DNA from: a virus | Reading direction: 5' to 3' (one strand) | Virus record (IMG/VR): IMGVR_UViG_3300031555_003080 | Location: 1 to 49,284 of that record | DNA: 49,284 nt | Shown here: piece by piece, positions 9,701 through 17,603 of the stretch | Layout: each line of letters starts with the position of its first letter | How positions within the stretch are numbered: the first letter of the stretch is position 1 | Notes under the pieces: model-generated | The model's database searches: none | Told to the model about the DNA's origin: nothing | Seen by the model: the letters and a program-made list of their open reading frames with translations, nothing else | Program-made: the position numbers and the translations under genes

Positions 9701-11478
9701 TGAAGAAGTATTATGATTATATTGCTTCTAAACCTGAAGACAGTACTTCTTATAAGTTAACCATGAAAGATGTTAACTGGTCTCCTTATGTTCAGTTAAC
9801 TGAAGGCGCTGTTTATGATGCAGCTGAAACCAATTATTATATTAATGATAGACACTACGGATTTACTGCTTGGACTAAGAATGCTGCAGCATTTGATGAT
9901 CTTGTTCTTAATGGACAGCTTTATTTGTATACTGGTGAACCAAAGGTAAATATTGATGATAGCTTTATTGAAATGCTTCAAAATATTTACAATAATAAAG
10001 TTAACTTCGAAGACGCTTCTGCAAGCAATACTCGTCCAATTATTTCTGGTATTGTTTATGTTAATAATACAAATGCAGTTGAAGAGAGCTGGATTAGAAA
10101 TACTCTACAAGAGTTGTATCCAGATTTAACATTCTTCTTTGCTTCTGTAGAAAAAGCTTACTCTGCTGAATTCTTCTATAAAGATCCAGATACTGGAGTA
10201 GATAAATACGTTAAGTTTGCTAATGGTGATACCGCACCTTCTATTCAGAAAATTGCTAAATCTGCTTATGATGCAAATAATAACGTATGGTTTGAAGATC
10301 CTTTCACTCTTTACGCTCCTACAAGAGCTCACTATGACTTTAAGGGTTGGAGTACAGATCCCGATGCAGATCCAAGCACTGATACAGCTAACATTATCGA
10401 AAATGTTGATGAATGGAATGCATTAAAGATTAACTCTACTACTTACGACTATAAGTATTATGCAATCTTTGCAATTCACTCTTATGATATTATTTTCTAC
10501 GACGGCGATGGCTCTATCCTTGAAGGTTCTATCCTTCCTTATGGAACTGATGGAATTCCTGTTCCTTCTTTAGTTCCTGGATTAGATGATTCTGGTCTTG
10601 ATTTGTATGAAACTAATACCTTTGTGGGTTACACAGATAATACTTTAACTAATAAGATTGTAAATCCTGCTCAGATTACCGTTCGCGGTAAAATGGAATT
10701 CTGGCCTGTTTTTGATCAGGTAGATGTTTATACCAATATTCATCCAGAATATTTCCATGGAGATTTCTATACTGGAGAAACTGGAGTTAGAGGCGTTGAA
10801 CTTTACTTAGATAAGCGTGTTCAAGGCAAACTTACAATTCCAAAAGTATTTAAGATGGAAGATGGAAAAGAATATCCTGTATTGGCATTAAACGCAACCT
10901 TTGCAACAACCTATAATCCTGAATCAGGTAAGGGTTATTCAAATGGTGATAAACTTACTCACGTGTTCTTTGAAAAAGGAACTTCAATTGAGGCTTTCCT
11001 CGATTATGCTTTCTTTGGACACGGCACACAAACAGGTAAGAGCGTATTAACATATGTAGAGTTCCCAGATACTTTACTTACTATTGGATGGCAATGTTTC
11101 ATCCGTTGTAGTCTTTTAGATTATCGTGTAGTAACACAAGATCCGACAAAACTTCCTACCGCTGTTATTAGAGGCGCTAAGGTAAGACAGATTAGTGAGC
11201 AAGCATTCCAGCAAGCATTTAAATCATATTCTGTAACTGATTTCCAAATTGGATCAAGTGTTGAAACTCTTCAAAGTAGAGTATTTAATAATATTGGTAT
11301 TTCAGCTAATACCTTACTTATTGGTACTCCTAATGAAGATTCTAAATTAGTAATTTATACTAATGACAGAATTATGAATACCGCTTCTAATGTATTGTTC
11401 TACACTAGCAACTACACAGAAGATGATATTGGTACATTGCAACCTAACTTCCCAGGAGCTGCAATCCAAATCAAATAA
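3790..11478 (+). CDS. giant (2562 aa) virion protein, putative tail fibre / receptor-binding multidomain protein
   Basis: Uninterrupted 7.7-kb ORF with RBS AAAGGAG. Its N-terminus (IDALPITDGYVYYAVDTGRIYMD) is related to the N-termini of the 1993 and 14797 gene products. No catalytic motif was recognised. Confidence 0.8.
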   Translation: MSNTEFRPVRGTQATIDALPITDGYVYYAVDTGRIYMDKGDARISMGGGGAANGSSIYFGVYGKEIKEDSETKMYYYPIDGLEDKNAEPRVDDMILDDTGALYRIKRIGETSYACTLLPLSGNGSGPTIIRPNLTIASIPNPIIINGQPFEITFTVTSIVEESGSPLAEDMTVYWSLIDKDSGQVYYKGTPVGVKHNVPYNLPVGDYLKESAETVIELYAEALNHDEASAIRQATVTTVEMYLEHTSRYNPANRYSSTNVNLECNAIGNLSKILEWSVDGGVVESKVLTPNSTNPQTFTVPTALATHGYHTIQVDLYQNLGSADSPKKGISANPLIYEIAVTEAGNNTPIIWMGEYQDTYYNYDTIQIPFMVYNPANTSSVEVRLKKNDVEIDGSPRTIEEFSDYSYWQIADADLNKENYYSIECGKTIDTTVVREIKFKVIPDPNRDMTVVKQNSLQLNFDPAGRSNAEPTTKRASWSYTRGGTEYKAEFDNFNWYNNGWYTDSESKSTFLRISNGAKFTIPFEGGLEFGTSDTAKQSNAIELAFKVRNIQNYSNLITNVTRYNIPTAFGDDGKPTSYTSDASLYENEFKNQSLYTNYDAFLQARLEPDVYDNLQFREVQKNVNLSNAVFGFYSGNNNNAVGVCVGSQDTFFSNGYDTVNVSFVEGEMVYLSFVYEHTPAVGSKLYIYINGCITGVIESSITGDTGFKINTNEIVFNSETCDIDLYKMRIYNTALTVNDIVTNHAVDKKNITIYDQNGLAIENQALQEFQLDFKKIENWNKEHPELPLMPYIIYDTSTTTSDDKLPYAKANGATKIRVEFVNTPLDTAYARGELVKKAVEDGLLDELETDQETIDEAVRIYYKHHCPSWTSTMTTGDVVGLEVQGTSSEFYPRRNFKIKTKHGGECCWGDLEDDDGNVIGQGWTEEECLNIFMNKGPFEEIYEADKEKLKADEHYYGYEESRMFDGWYMNNYTNPTDRWTMKVDYMESSGSYNAGFASLVGNAYTKHPLQDYVKAGVLTNTGELENDVFGDMRWKDFRTSLLGFPVMAFHKRKVKGSSTGETECVFIGYYRMLLDKGSDQVLGFKAPKKIKHTLVDNQRLRDVAECWEFSTNARTFCSYKDPWDRVELSFKGPASEGDKVFIKLEGNKIGGPMVLNHFEPRYFAYEDYLKNDEDGFYNFGNLDQDTVDAMCDDIGIDRIDIAAEDAKYKAQDGAVYLMRNWEKVCKWIYSTNLDNVKSQGEYKVAPVGKVVYEPGKFYVMDDTVEGGYRISDDAFDPDETYFEIVDYEVEVEKTDEEGNPILDEDGNPEMETVTRQTYANAYATTSDLIYKPNTFYVDVSGAYSLCSDAEFDTSTTYYIFESLADEKIAEIADLLVEPATAWDENTEYYTYNRDAKVISGGGKTEAVTYVGKVSNERFAANNYYVAAPKKYASTTYKYDTKEYRTAKFMNELKDHFDLEYLATYFIMTEVFECYDSRGKNCMMASWGPLKEGGDYIWYPIFYDIDTQLGINNTGIPSFEFNVDATEAGNYSTSDSILWNNFYKFFKGSQILNKYKNLRNQDSTFDKLDNPPLQSVDYLEKWYTFNEEVTKNIADRGQRPLIATNLDMYYKYITITNPKAESQGVAYIPGSDGVYDYDKDGTYFYALQGDRSQSRRQFLTNRIEYIDSWLNQGNYQRGGNNRIRGRISANSGENGKTSDWWVETDLDPYWTDQEFGTKSHDFDAEYWLTLQPIRSAYVTAGDDSANYPSQKYDGKNPVKFKLGDIEAGVRKSNNYPEQLVYIYGMNQMSDFGEMNKLYWTEFYMEGNADHLTRLQLGYDGFSKTDPTVQWYNQKLNGIKLSDMPLLQEANFSRITLQTQTSLDLSASEKLENFRAVGTSNLTSVNFADGVALNTLYLPKSVTSLKLVQANLLDNLIAEGTAPTPVNNEDGTVTPPTQGLFIDGFFSDTFDSALTSIHFNGGALGFGTYQILKKYYDYIASKPEDSTSYKLTMKDVNWSPYVQLTEGAVYDAAETNYYINDRHYGFTAWTKNAAAFDDLVLNGQLYLYTGEPKVNIDDSFIEMLQNIYNNKVNFEDASASNTRPIISGIVYVNNTNAVEESWIRNTLQELYPDLTFFFASVEKAYSAEFFYKDPDTGVDKYVKFANGDTAPSIQKIAKSAYDANNNVWFEDPFTLYAPTRAHYDFKGWSTDPDADPSTDTANIIENVDEWNALKINSTTYDYKYYAIFAIHSYDIIFYDGDGSILEGSILPYGTDGIPVPSLVPGLDDSGLDLYETNTFVGYTDNTLTNKIVNPAQITVRGKMEFWPVFDQVDVYTNIHPEYFHGDFYTGETGVRGVELYLDKRVQGKLTIPKVFKMEDGKEYPVLALNATFATTYNPESGKGYSNGDKLTHVFFEKGTSIEAFLDYAFFGHGTQTGKSVLTYVEFPDTLLTIGWQCFIRCSLLDYRVVTQDPTKLPTAVIRGAKVRQISEQAFQQAFKSYSVTDFQIGSSVETLQSRVFNNIGISANTLLIGTPNEDSKLVIYTNDRIMNTASNVLFYTSNYTEDDIGTLQPNFPGAAIQIK

Positions 11479-11494
11479 AAAAGGAGATTGAAAT

Positions 11495-11692
11495 ATGACT
11501 AAAGAAGTTTTATACTTGTACACTGGTACAAATGGGAGTATTTTGTCTCCTATTCACTTAGAAGACACTTTTTACTCTCGCAGACTCAGACTGTGGGCTG
11601 ATGAAGGTAAGGCCCTTACCAAAAATGGTAAAGATGTTTACCTTACTGTTGTAATTCCTGAAGAGGAATTAGAACTCTGGTACGAGATTTAA
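11495..11692 (+). CDS. small hypothetical protein (65 aa)
   Basis: ORF with RBS AAAAGGAG 8 nt upstream of the ATG, tightly following the giant gene. Confidence 0.5.
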   Translation: MTKEVLYLYTGTNGSILSPIHLEDTFYSRRLRLWADEGKALTKNGKDVYLTVVIPEEELELWYEI

Positions 11693-11698
11693 GGAATA

Positions 11699-11742
11699 AA
11701 AAAGAGTGAGCCAGAATGTCCTGGCTCACTCTACCTAAATCT
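11699..11742 (+). terminator. probable intrinsic terminator (weak U-tract)
   Basis: Stem AGAGTGAGCCAG / CTGGCTCACTCT with a 6-nt loop, followed by ACCTAAATCTT. Confidence 0.4.
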
Positions 11743-11849
11743 TGCAGGCCAATTATAATTAATAAATTTACCAAAATTTATAATTATTTATGATAAGTTT
11801 GAAATCTTTCAAACGCATATTTGATTATTTTAAGAAAGGATGATATTGA

Positions 11850-13994
11850 GTGATTACTGCTATTAAAGCCGAAAATATTAGTGCTTATAAGGCATTATTT
11901 GAAGAGGCTTCCGACATCCTTAGTGGCTATAAGAGAGTTAGAACTTATGATAGTGAGGTAGACGCTTATTATTATAAAGATGCTGAAGCAGAAACTGCAG
12001 ATGAACTTTTTAAGAAAGATACCACTATCACTGACTTGGTAACCTTTGCACAGTCTTTAGCAAAGTACTCTGTTCTTTATGTTAAAGAAGGAGAGGCCGC
12101 AGAAGGATTTGAGCCAATGCTTGGCATTACCACTTTAGAAGAATATTTCAGCTGGTTAAGAAATCTTGGTAATATTGATAGAAAATATACTGTATTACCT
12201 TTAGATGAAGACCATTTTGAGATTAATGCCGACACTCGCGCAATTAGTATTCCTGCAAGCTTCAAGAAGAATGGCGTTGCTGTTCAAGGTGATGACCTTG
12301 CAGAAGTTTTATACTTCAGAGTAGACCGCTACTTTGACTATATGGACTTAAACAACACTGATATTTATATTCAGTGGGAAACTCCAAAAGATCCAGTAAC
12401 TGGACTTACTACAAAATCTTTATCTCCTGCTTATATTCGTGACATTGATAGTGAACCAGGTAAATTAATTTTCGGCTGGGCATTGTCTGATGCTATTACC
12501 GCAAATTCTGGTACTCTTAAATTCTCTGTTCGTTTCTTCCAGTGGGCAGATGATGAAAAGGCTGCAACAGGCGCAGAAAAGATTATTGCTTACAGCTTTA
12601 GTACTTTAACTGCTTCTGTATCTATTCAGGCAGGTCTTAATTTTAATTTAGAGTCTGATGAACATAAGGTAGACGATGTTGGAAATCGTTTAATCGAGCG
12701 TCTTGAAAATAGTGAAATTGCTGGTGGTTATGCTGCTGCAACTCCTATCTTTGAAAAGAATCTTGATAAACCTAATGCAGATCTTATCTATGATCTCGAT
12801 CCAGCAACTCAGACTTTTGATCTTTTAGTTCAAGCTTATGCTACCGATACTGGAGCAATTACTTACACTTGGAAGAAGCAAGGATTAAATCCTGATAACT
12901 CTGAGCAGGGTCAAGATATTGAGACTTTTACAGGAGTTAATGTATTCGTAAAAGTTGAAGATTTGACTAAATTAAATAAAGCTTATGCTTACTATTGGAC
13001 TAATGGTAACGACAGTAATGGCGATCCTATCTATACCAGATATGATAGATTTACTACTAATGCTGACGGCACCCTTTCTCCTAATACTGAAGATTTAGAT
13101 ATGAAAGACGCAGAAGGCAATAAAACTTTTGCTCTTTATGTAAAACAATCTAAATTTACTGCCGATAGTGCTGGTTTATATTGGTGTGTTGCCGAAAACC
13201 GTATTACAAACAGTTCTTCTTCTGCATTAAGTAAAAAGGCAAAATTCCCTCGTCCAGAAGATGTTAGAATTTCTGAACATCCTGCGGCAAAAGCAATTTT
13301 GACTGAACTTGCAGATGGAACCCTTGAATGTAAATTGGTAGTCGTTGCTGATAATACTGATGGTGTTTTAACTTATCAGTGGCAAAAAGATGATAATTAT
13401 GCTCTTAACTTTGGTTCTGAGACTCCTGCATTTGAAGATGTTCTTGAAGTTGAAGGAAACACTGGTAAAGATGCAGAATATATTGTAACTGCTCCTGGAC
13501 ATTATAGAGTTGTTGTAACTAATACAAGAAATTACTCTGATGCAAAAGAAGAGTACAAAGAATGGGCTAAGAAAACTTTAATTTCTGAAGTAAGCCGTGT
13601 AACTAAGTTCCCATCTATGCCTGTTATCATGGATGCAGATTTGAACAGTAAGTTATTCCAAGTTAGTGCATTAACTGATGAAAATTGTCCTACTGTTGAA
13701 ATGAACCCAGATGTTGAGTCTGATGGATACACTGTATCTTGGTTCTTAAATGAAGACAATATTGATTACCCAATTGCAGAAGATATTAATCTTGGTAAAG
13801 ATGCTGATGGAAATATTATTCTTAAGGCTTCTTTCAACCCAGCTTCTCCTTTGTATGCTGACAAGATTACAAACTTGAGTAGCGATAGAGATATTGACGG
13901 TGCTTATTATGCTATCGTTACTAACTGGGTAAATGGTGAATCTAACTCAACAAAGAAACCAGAATTCGAAGACATGTTCAAGGTCAATAAGTAA
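11850..13994 (+). CDS. virion structural protein (714 aa), unknown function
   Basis: GTG-initiated ORF with an AAGGA RBS. Its N-terminal region shares a domain with the 209-aa protein at 14023 (..VLYFRVDRYFDYMDL...IQWETP vs ..IIWFKTDRFYDNIDL...IQYVNA). Confidence 0.7.
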   Translation: MITAIKAENISAYKALFEEASDILSGYKRVRTYDSEVDAYYYKDAEAETADELFKKDTTITDLVTFAQSLAKYSVLYVKEGEAAEGFEPMLGITTLEEYFSWLRNLGNIDRKYTVLPLDEDHFEINADTRAISIPASFKKNGVAVQGDDLAEVLYFRVDRYFDYMDLNNTDIYIQWETPKDPVTGLTTKSLSPAYIRDIDSEPGKLIFGWALSDAITANSGTLKFSVRFFQWADDEKAATGAEKIIAYSFSTLTASVSIQAGLNFNLESDEHKVDDVGNRLIERLENSEIAGGYAAATPIFEKNLDKPNADLIYDLDPATQTFDLLVQAYATDTGAITYTWKKQGLNPDNSEQGQDIETFTGVNVFVKVEDLTKLNKAYAYYWTNGNDSNGDPIYTRYDRFTTNADGTLSPNTEDLDMKDAEGNKTFALYVKQSKFTADSAGLYWCVAENRITNSSSSALSKKAKFPRPEDVRISEHPAAKAILTELADGTLECKLVVVADNTDGVLTYQWQKDDNYALNFGSETPAFEDVLEVEGNTGKDAEYIVTAPGHYRVVVTNTRNYSDAKEEYKEWAKKTLISEVSRVTKFPSMPVIMDADLNSKLFQVSALTDENCPTVEMNPDVESDGYTVSWFLNEDNIDYPIAEDINLGKDADGNIILKASFNPASPLYADKITNLSSDRDIDGAYYAIVTNWVNGESNSTKKPEFEDMFKVNK

Positions 13995-14022
13995 TCTATA
14001 TTCAAGAAAGGAGTAATTAAAT

Positions 14023-14652
14023 ATGAAGGTTTCTCCACAAGAATATAATAGCTTATTAGGTAGACTTATTGACCCCAATGAGTATACTAATTTTCTCCGT
14101 ATCCCGGCGGATGAGCCAATTTATGAAATTGATTTAAATCAAAGAAAAATTAATGTTCCTGAGTTCTTGAGCGTTGAAGAAGATCACAATGCAGAAATCA
14201 TTTGGTTTAAAACTGATAGATTTTATGACAATATTGATTTATATGAATCTACTTGTTGGATTCAATATGTTAACGCTAATAATGAAGAGTATTTCTATGC
14301 GGCGCCAATTATTATTGGCGCCCAAGAATTTGGAAATGAGCAGATTTTAATTCCTTGGGCAATTAGTAAAGAAGTTGCTAAAGCTACAGGCGTTATTTCT
14401 TTTTCTTTCCAATTCTTTAAATTAAGTGAAGATAAAAATCGCTTCCTTTATGTACTAAATACTCAGGTAGCAAAGAGCAAAATCTTAGCTGGCCTTCGTG
14501 TTGATCCTCTGGCTTTCTTAACAGATGACGAAAAAGAGGAGTCAGATTTTTTGCCACAAAGAGAATGGCTCACCAATGAAATTACAAGATTGCATGATGC
14601 TTATTCTACATTATCTGGAGATTATAAGCTATATTGGATTGATCTATTATAA
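14023..14652 (+). CDS. hypothetical virion protein (209 aa), paralogous to the N-terminal part of the 714-aa protein
   Basis: ORF with RBS AGAAAGGAG and the shared motif noted above. Confidence 0.7.
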   Translation: MKVSPQEYNSLLGRLIDPNEYTNFLRIPADEPIYEIDLNQRKINVPEFLSVEEDHNAEIIWFKTDRFYDNIDLYESTCWIQYVNANNEEYFYAAPIIIGAQEFGNEQILIPWAISKEVAKATGVISFSFQFFKLSEDKNRFLYVLNTQVAKSKILAGLRVDPLAFLTDDEKEESDFLPQREWLTNEITRLHDAYSTLSGDYKLYWIDLL

Positions 14653-14660
14653 ATAATTTA

Positions 14661-14700
14661 AGCCCCTTGTTTAGAGATAAACAAGGGGCTTATTTTTGTT
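14661..14700 (+). terminator. rho-independent terminator
   Basis: AAGCCCCTTGTTTA gag TAAACAAGGGGCTT followed by ATTTTTGTTTTGG. Confidence 0.85.
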
Positions 14701-14796
14701 TTGGTCAAAAATATATAAGATTTTTGACCAAAAAATTATATTATATAGAAGATATAATCTTTGTAATTATGAAACGAAAGGAGTCGTTGAAGATCG

Positions 14797-15552
14797 ATGG
14801 CTTTATTTAAAATATTACAAGGTTTGGACGCAAATAAACCTGCTGCTTTAACAAATGGTTATTGTTATTTTACAATTGACAATAATATGTTTTATGTGGA
14901 CCACCCCAATGCGTCTGGTACGTTGGTCAGAAGCCCTCTTAATGCGCAAAATGCAAACACTTTAACCGCAGACAGCGCAGCGGGCACAGTGGCTAAACTT
15001 GTTCAAGAAATGTCAAGTTCTAGCTTAGAAATTCCTTCTTGTAATGCAGTTTATTCTTATTTACATGATACTGTTATTCCAGATTTAGAGGGTTTAATTG
15101 ATCTTAAAATGGATAAACAAAATCCTCGTGGCGTAGGTAATTTTAGTTTAAACGGATTGTCTACAAATACAACTCCAGGAGATTTTTCTTTCTATGCTGG
15201 AGATGCTGGATCTGCTTCTGGAGATTATTCTATTTCTATAGGTAATACAACAGATGCATCAGGAACTTCATCTATTGCTCTTGGTGATCATGTTTCTGCA
15301 AAAGGCAATAATCAAGTTGTTCTTGGTAAATATAATGTTGAAGATACTAGTAATACTTATGGATTTATTTTTGGTGGAGGAACTTCATCTACAAGAAAAA
15401 ATTTATTTACAATTGATTGGTCTGGTAATGGTGTTTTATTAGGTAATTTAACACTTGAAGATCCAGTTGCATCTAGTCATGCCGCTACAAAAAGATATGT
15501 TGATGACATGGTAGAAGTTACTGTTCAATTAATTGTTATTAAGGAGGTCTAA
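14797..15552 (+). CDS. tail fibre protein with YadA-head-like (SIAIG/SxSIG) repeats
   Basis: 251 aa. The N-terminal motif ALFKILQGL...P...NGYCYFTIDNNMFYVD is shared with the 1993 and 3790 genes. It contains ..YSISIGNTTDASGTSSIALGDHVSAKGNNQVVLG.. repeats and the C-terminal HAATKRYVDDM. Confidence 0.75.
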   Translation: MALFKILQGLDANKPAALTNGYCYFTIDNNMFYVDHPNASGTLVRSPLNAQNANTLTADSAAGTVAKLVQEMSSSSLEIPSCNAVYSYLHDTVIPDLEGLIDLKMDKQNPRGVGNFSLNGLSTNTTPGDFSFYAGDAGSASGDYSISIGNTTDASGTSSIALGDHVSAKGNNQVVLGKYNVEDTSNTYGFIFGGGTSSTRKNLFTIDWSGNGVLLGNLTLEDPVASSHAATKRYVDDMVEVTVQLIVIKEV

Positions 15553-15554
15553 TT

Positions 15555-16631
15555 ATGTCATTATATTTAGGACCTAACTTAATTAGTGGAGTTTTTACAA
15601 CTTTTCATACTACTACTTATGATACTGGCGATGCTACCGCTACAGCGCCAGATATTTTATCTGGTAAAACTGCTTATGTAAACGGAGCGAAAGTAACTGG
15701 AACTATGCCTCAAAAAACTGGTTCTGATATTACTAAAAGCGGAGCGTCCTTTACAGTTCCTTCCGGATATTATTCTTCTAGCTATACTGGTACAATTGCT
15801 AGTGGAGCTTTAAGAACTCCTACGTATAGCACTACAGCTTCTACTGGTCAAGTTACCGTTACTTACGGAGTCTCTACTGCAGGATATTTAGCAACAAGTT
15901 CACCAACTTGGACTTTTACTCCTTTTACAAAAAGAACTTCAGTAGTTACAACATATGGTAGTACTATAACTCCATCTACTACAGGAACAAAAACTATTAC
16001 TATTCCAGCGGGATATTATCCAACAGCAGAAACCCTTACTATTGCTAAGGCTGCCGCAGGAGGTGCGGCTCAAACAGGAACTATTTCAGCAAGCTCTAGG
16101 ACTTATACTATTTCAACCTCTTTTACTCCAAAAGGGTTTATGATGATTTCTTCAAGCTATTATTTTGATGGAGATTTAAATTTAATGTCTCTTTGGGCTT
16201 TTAATAGTTCTACTTCAGCTTCTGGTTATTATGAGACTAGTAGTAGCGGAAGTAGCGGAAGTGGCACTTATACCGTGGTAACCAGTGATTTGTTCGGTAG
16301 TTTATTTTATGATCCACCAGACAGTACAGCCAGTGACTATGAGCCTGCTGAATTAGTTCTACCAGGAGACTTTACATCAGCTATGTATGCCAGCGTTTTA
16401 GACCCATATTTGACTAATCCTGCTTCATACTATGTTGAAGGAAGTGACGCTACATTGGGTGATTTAGGATGGAGTGACTATGCAGTTTACAGCAGTGGCG
16501 GTGGAAGTAGTGGTAGTACTGGTGCATATCCTGTTTCTGGATGTTCAGTTTCTTATTCTTCTACTGGAATTACTGTTTCTGTAAATAGCTCTTACTATTG
16601 CCCAACAATGAGCTATGTTGTTTGGGGGTGA
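15555..16631 (+). CDS. Ser/Thr/Gly-rich tail-fibre-like protein
   Basis: 358 aa with RBS AAGGAGG and extreme S/T/G/Y content. It is adjacent to a fibre gene. Confidence 0.7.
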   Translation: MSLYLGPNLISGVFTTFHTTTYDTGDATATAPDILSGKTAYVNGAKVTGTMPQKTGSDITKSGASFTVPSGYYSSSYTGTIASGALRTPTYSTTASTGQVTVTYGVSTAGYLATSSPTWTFTPFTKRTSVVTTYGSTITPSTTGTKTITIPAGYYPTAETLTIAKAAAGGAAQTGTISASSRTYTISTSFTPKGFMMISSSYYFDGDLNLMSLWAFNSSTSASGYYETSSSGSSGSGTYTVVTSDLFGSLFYDPPDSTASDYEPAELVLPGDFTSAMYASVLDPYLTNPASYYVEGSDATLGDLGWSDYAVYSSGGGSSGSTGAYPVSGCSVSYSSTGITVSVNSSYYCPTMSYVVWG

Positions 16632-16635
16632 TTGA

Positions 16636-16893
16636 ATGTATTTTGGAAAACAATTGCATGAGAATTCTTTTTCTTTAATATCTTCATCTTTACCTATAAT
16701 GGCTTCAGACACTTTAATTGAAATTTCTGAAGAGGAATTTAATGAATTGTCAAAGACAATTAGATTGAAGCAAATTTTAGAAAAAAGAAAAAGACTTGAA
16801 GATTTAAATATTATTAAACGAAGAGAAGAAATTATACCAGAAATCGTTGAGCCTAATCAGTCCTTTGTAATTAATGAGGAGGATCAGGTATGA
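16636..16893 (+). CDS. hypothetical protein (85 aa)
   Basis: ORF with a GGGGGTG RBS. Its stop overlaps the next start (ATGA). Confidence 0.5.
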   Translation: MYFGKQLHENSFSLISSSLPIMASDTLIEISEEEFNELSKTIRLKQILEKRKRLEDLNIIKRREEIIPEIVEPNQSFVINEEDQV

Positions 16894-17567
16894 TTGATAT
16901 AAAAAAAGATGTAAAAATACAAGACTTATATAATTATTATTATATGATTTCATTGTATAATTTAATAAAATTTTATAATTGTAAATGGGAATTTTTATCT
17001 ATTAATGATAAAAATTTTTTAAATGGCACTAATCTTAAATATGATGATTTTTCTGTTAATAAATATTTAAGATTATATCAAAATGAGAAAATAAAATTAG
17101 CAGAAGATATTATAAATAATGGAATGTATTTTCCATATTTTGTATATGGACTTCCTGATGAACAAATAGATGATAATTCTGTAAGCATTGCTTTAGGAAA
17201 ACATAGATATTATAGTAAATTACTTTATCAAAATAAGTATGGTAAAATTGACACTAAATTTTTATTCATCTATGTTCCTAATAAACTTCCTCAAAATACT
17301 CCTATAGGTTTTAATAATTGTTTTTATAATTTAGACTCTGAAGGAAATTTAACTTTACATGATACAATTTTTGTTAATTCTAAAACTGAATTAATGAAAT
17401 ATTTTGATCGATTTGGAGGAAGTCTATCTGTTTTATTTTCCGATAATAGGATTAAAACCAATCCCATATTAAATGATGAAAATCTTTTTTCTCAATTTAT
17501 TAATGCTCCTTTAGATGAAAATAACATTCTTTTTAAGTATATTCCTAGTTCTGTTGACTTAAAATGA
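16890..17567 (+). CDS. ParB/Srx-like domain protein (paralog 1)
   Basis: 225 aa and extremely AT-rich. The motif EDIINNGMYFPYFVYG...ALGKHRYYSKL parallels DIVENGMYVPFLFGE...NGSHRLNSL in the 28280 gene, and resembles the ParB/sulfiredoxin DGHHR box. Confidence 0.55.
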   Translation: MIDIKKDVKIQDLYNYYYMISLYNLIKFYNCKWEFLSINDKNFLNGTNLKYDDFSVNKYLRLYQNEKIKLAEDIINNGMYFPYFVYGLPDEQIDDNSVSIALGKHRYYSKLLYQNKYGKIDTKFLFIYVPNKLPQNTPIGFNNCFYNLDSEGNLTLHDTIFVNSKTELMKYFDRFGGSLSVLFSDNRIKTNPILNDENLFSQFINAPLDENNILFKYIPSSVDLK

Positions 17568-17582
17568 AAAATATGTTATAAT
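17554..17582 (+). promoter_or_regulatory. sigma70-type promoter (TTGACT, 17-nt spacer, TG-extended TATAAT) for the NeuB-like gene
   Basis: TTGACT at 17554-17559, a 17-nt spacer ending ATGT, and TATAAT at 17577-17582. The -35 hexamer overlaps the last codons of the preceding ORF. Confidence 0.6.
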
Positions 17583-17603
17583 AAAGAAAAAGGAGTGTGT
17601 TAA

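Noticed and set aside
14740-14760. TATAAT-like hexamer (gatataatc) upstream of the fibre gene, a possible promoter.
   Set aside because: No acceptable -35 at 16-18 nt spacing (the nearest TTGACC is 23 nt away). It is reported only as part of the palindrome observation.
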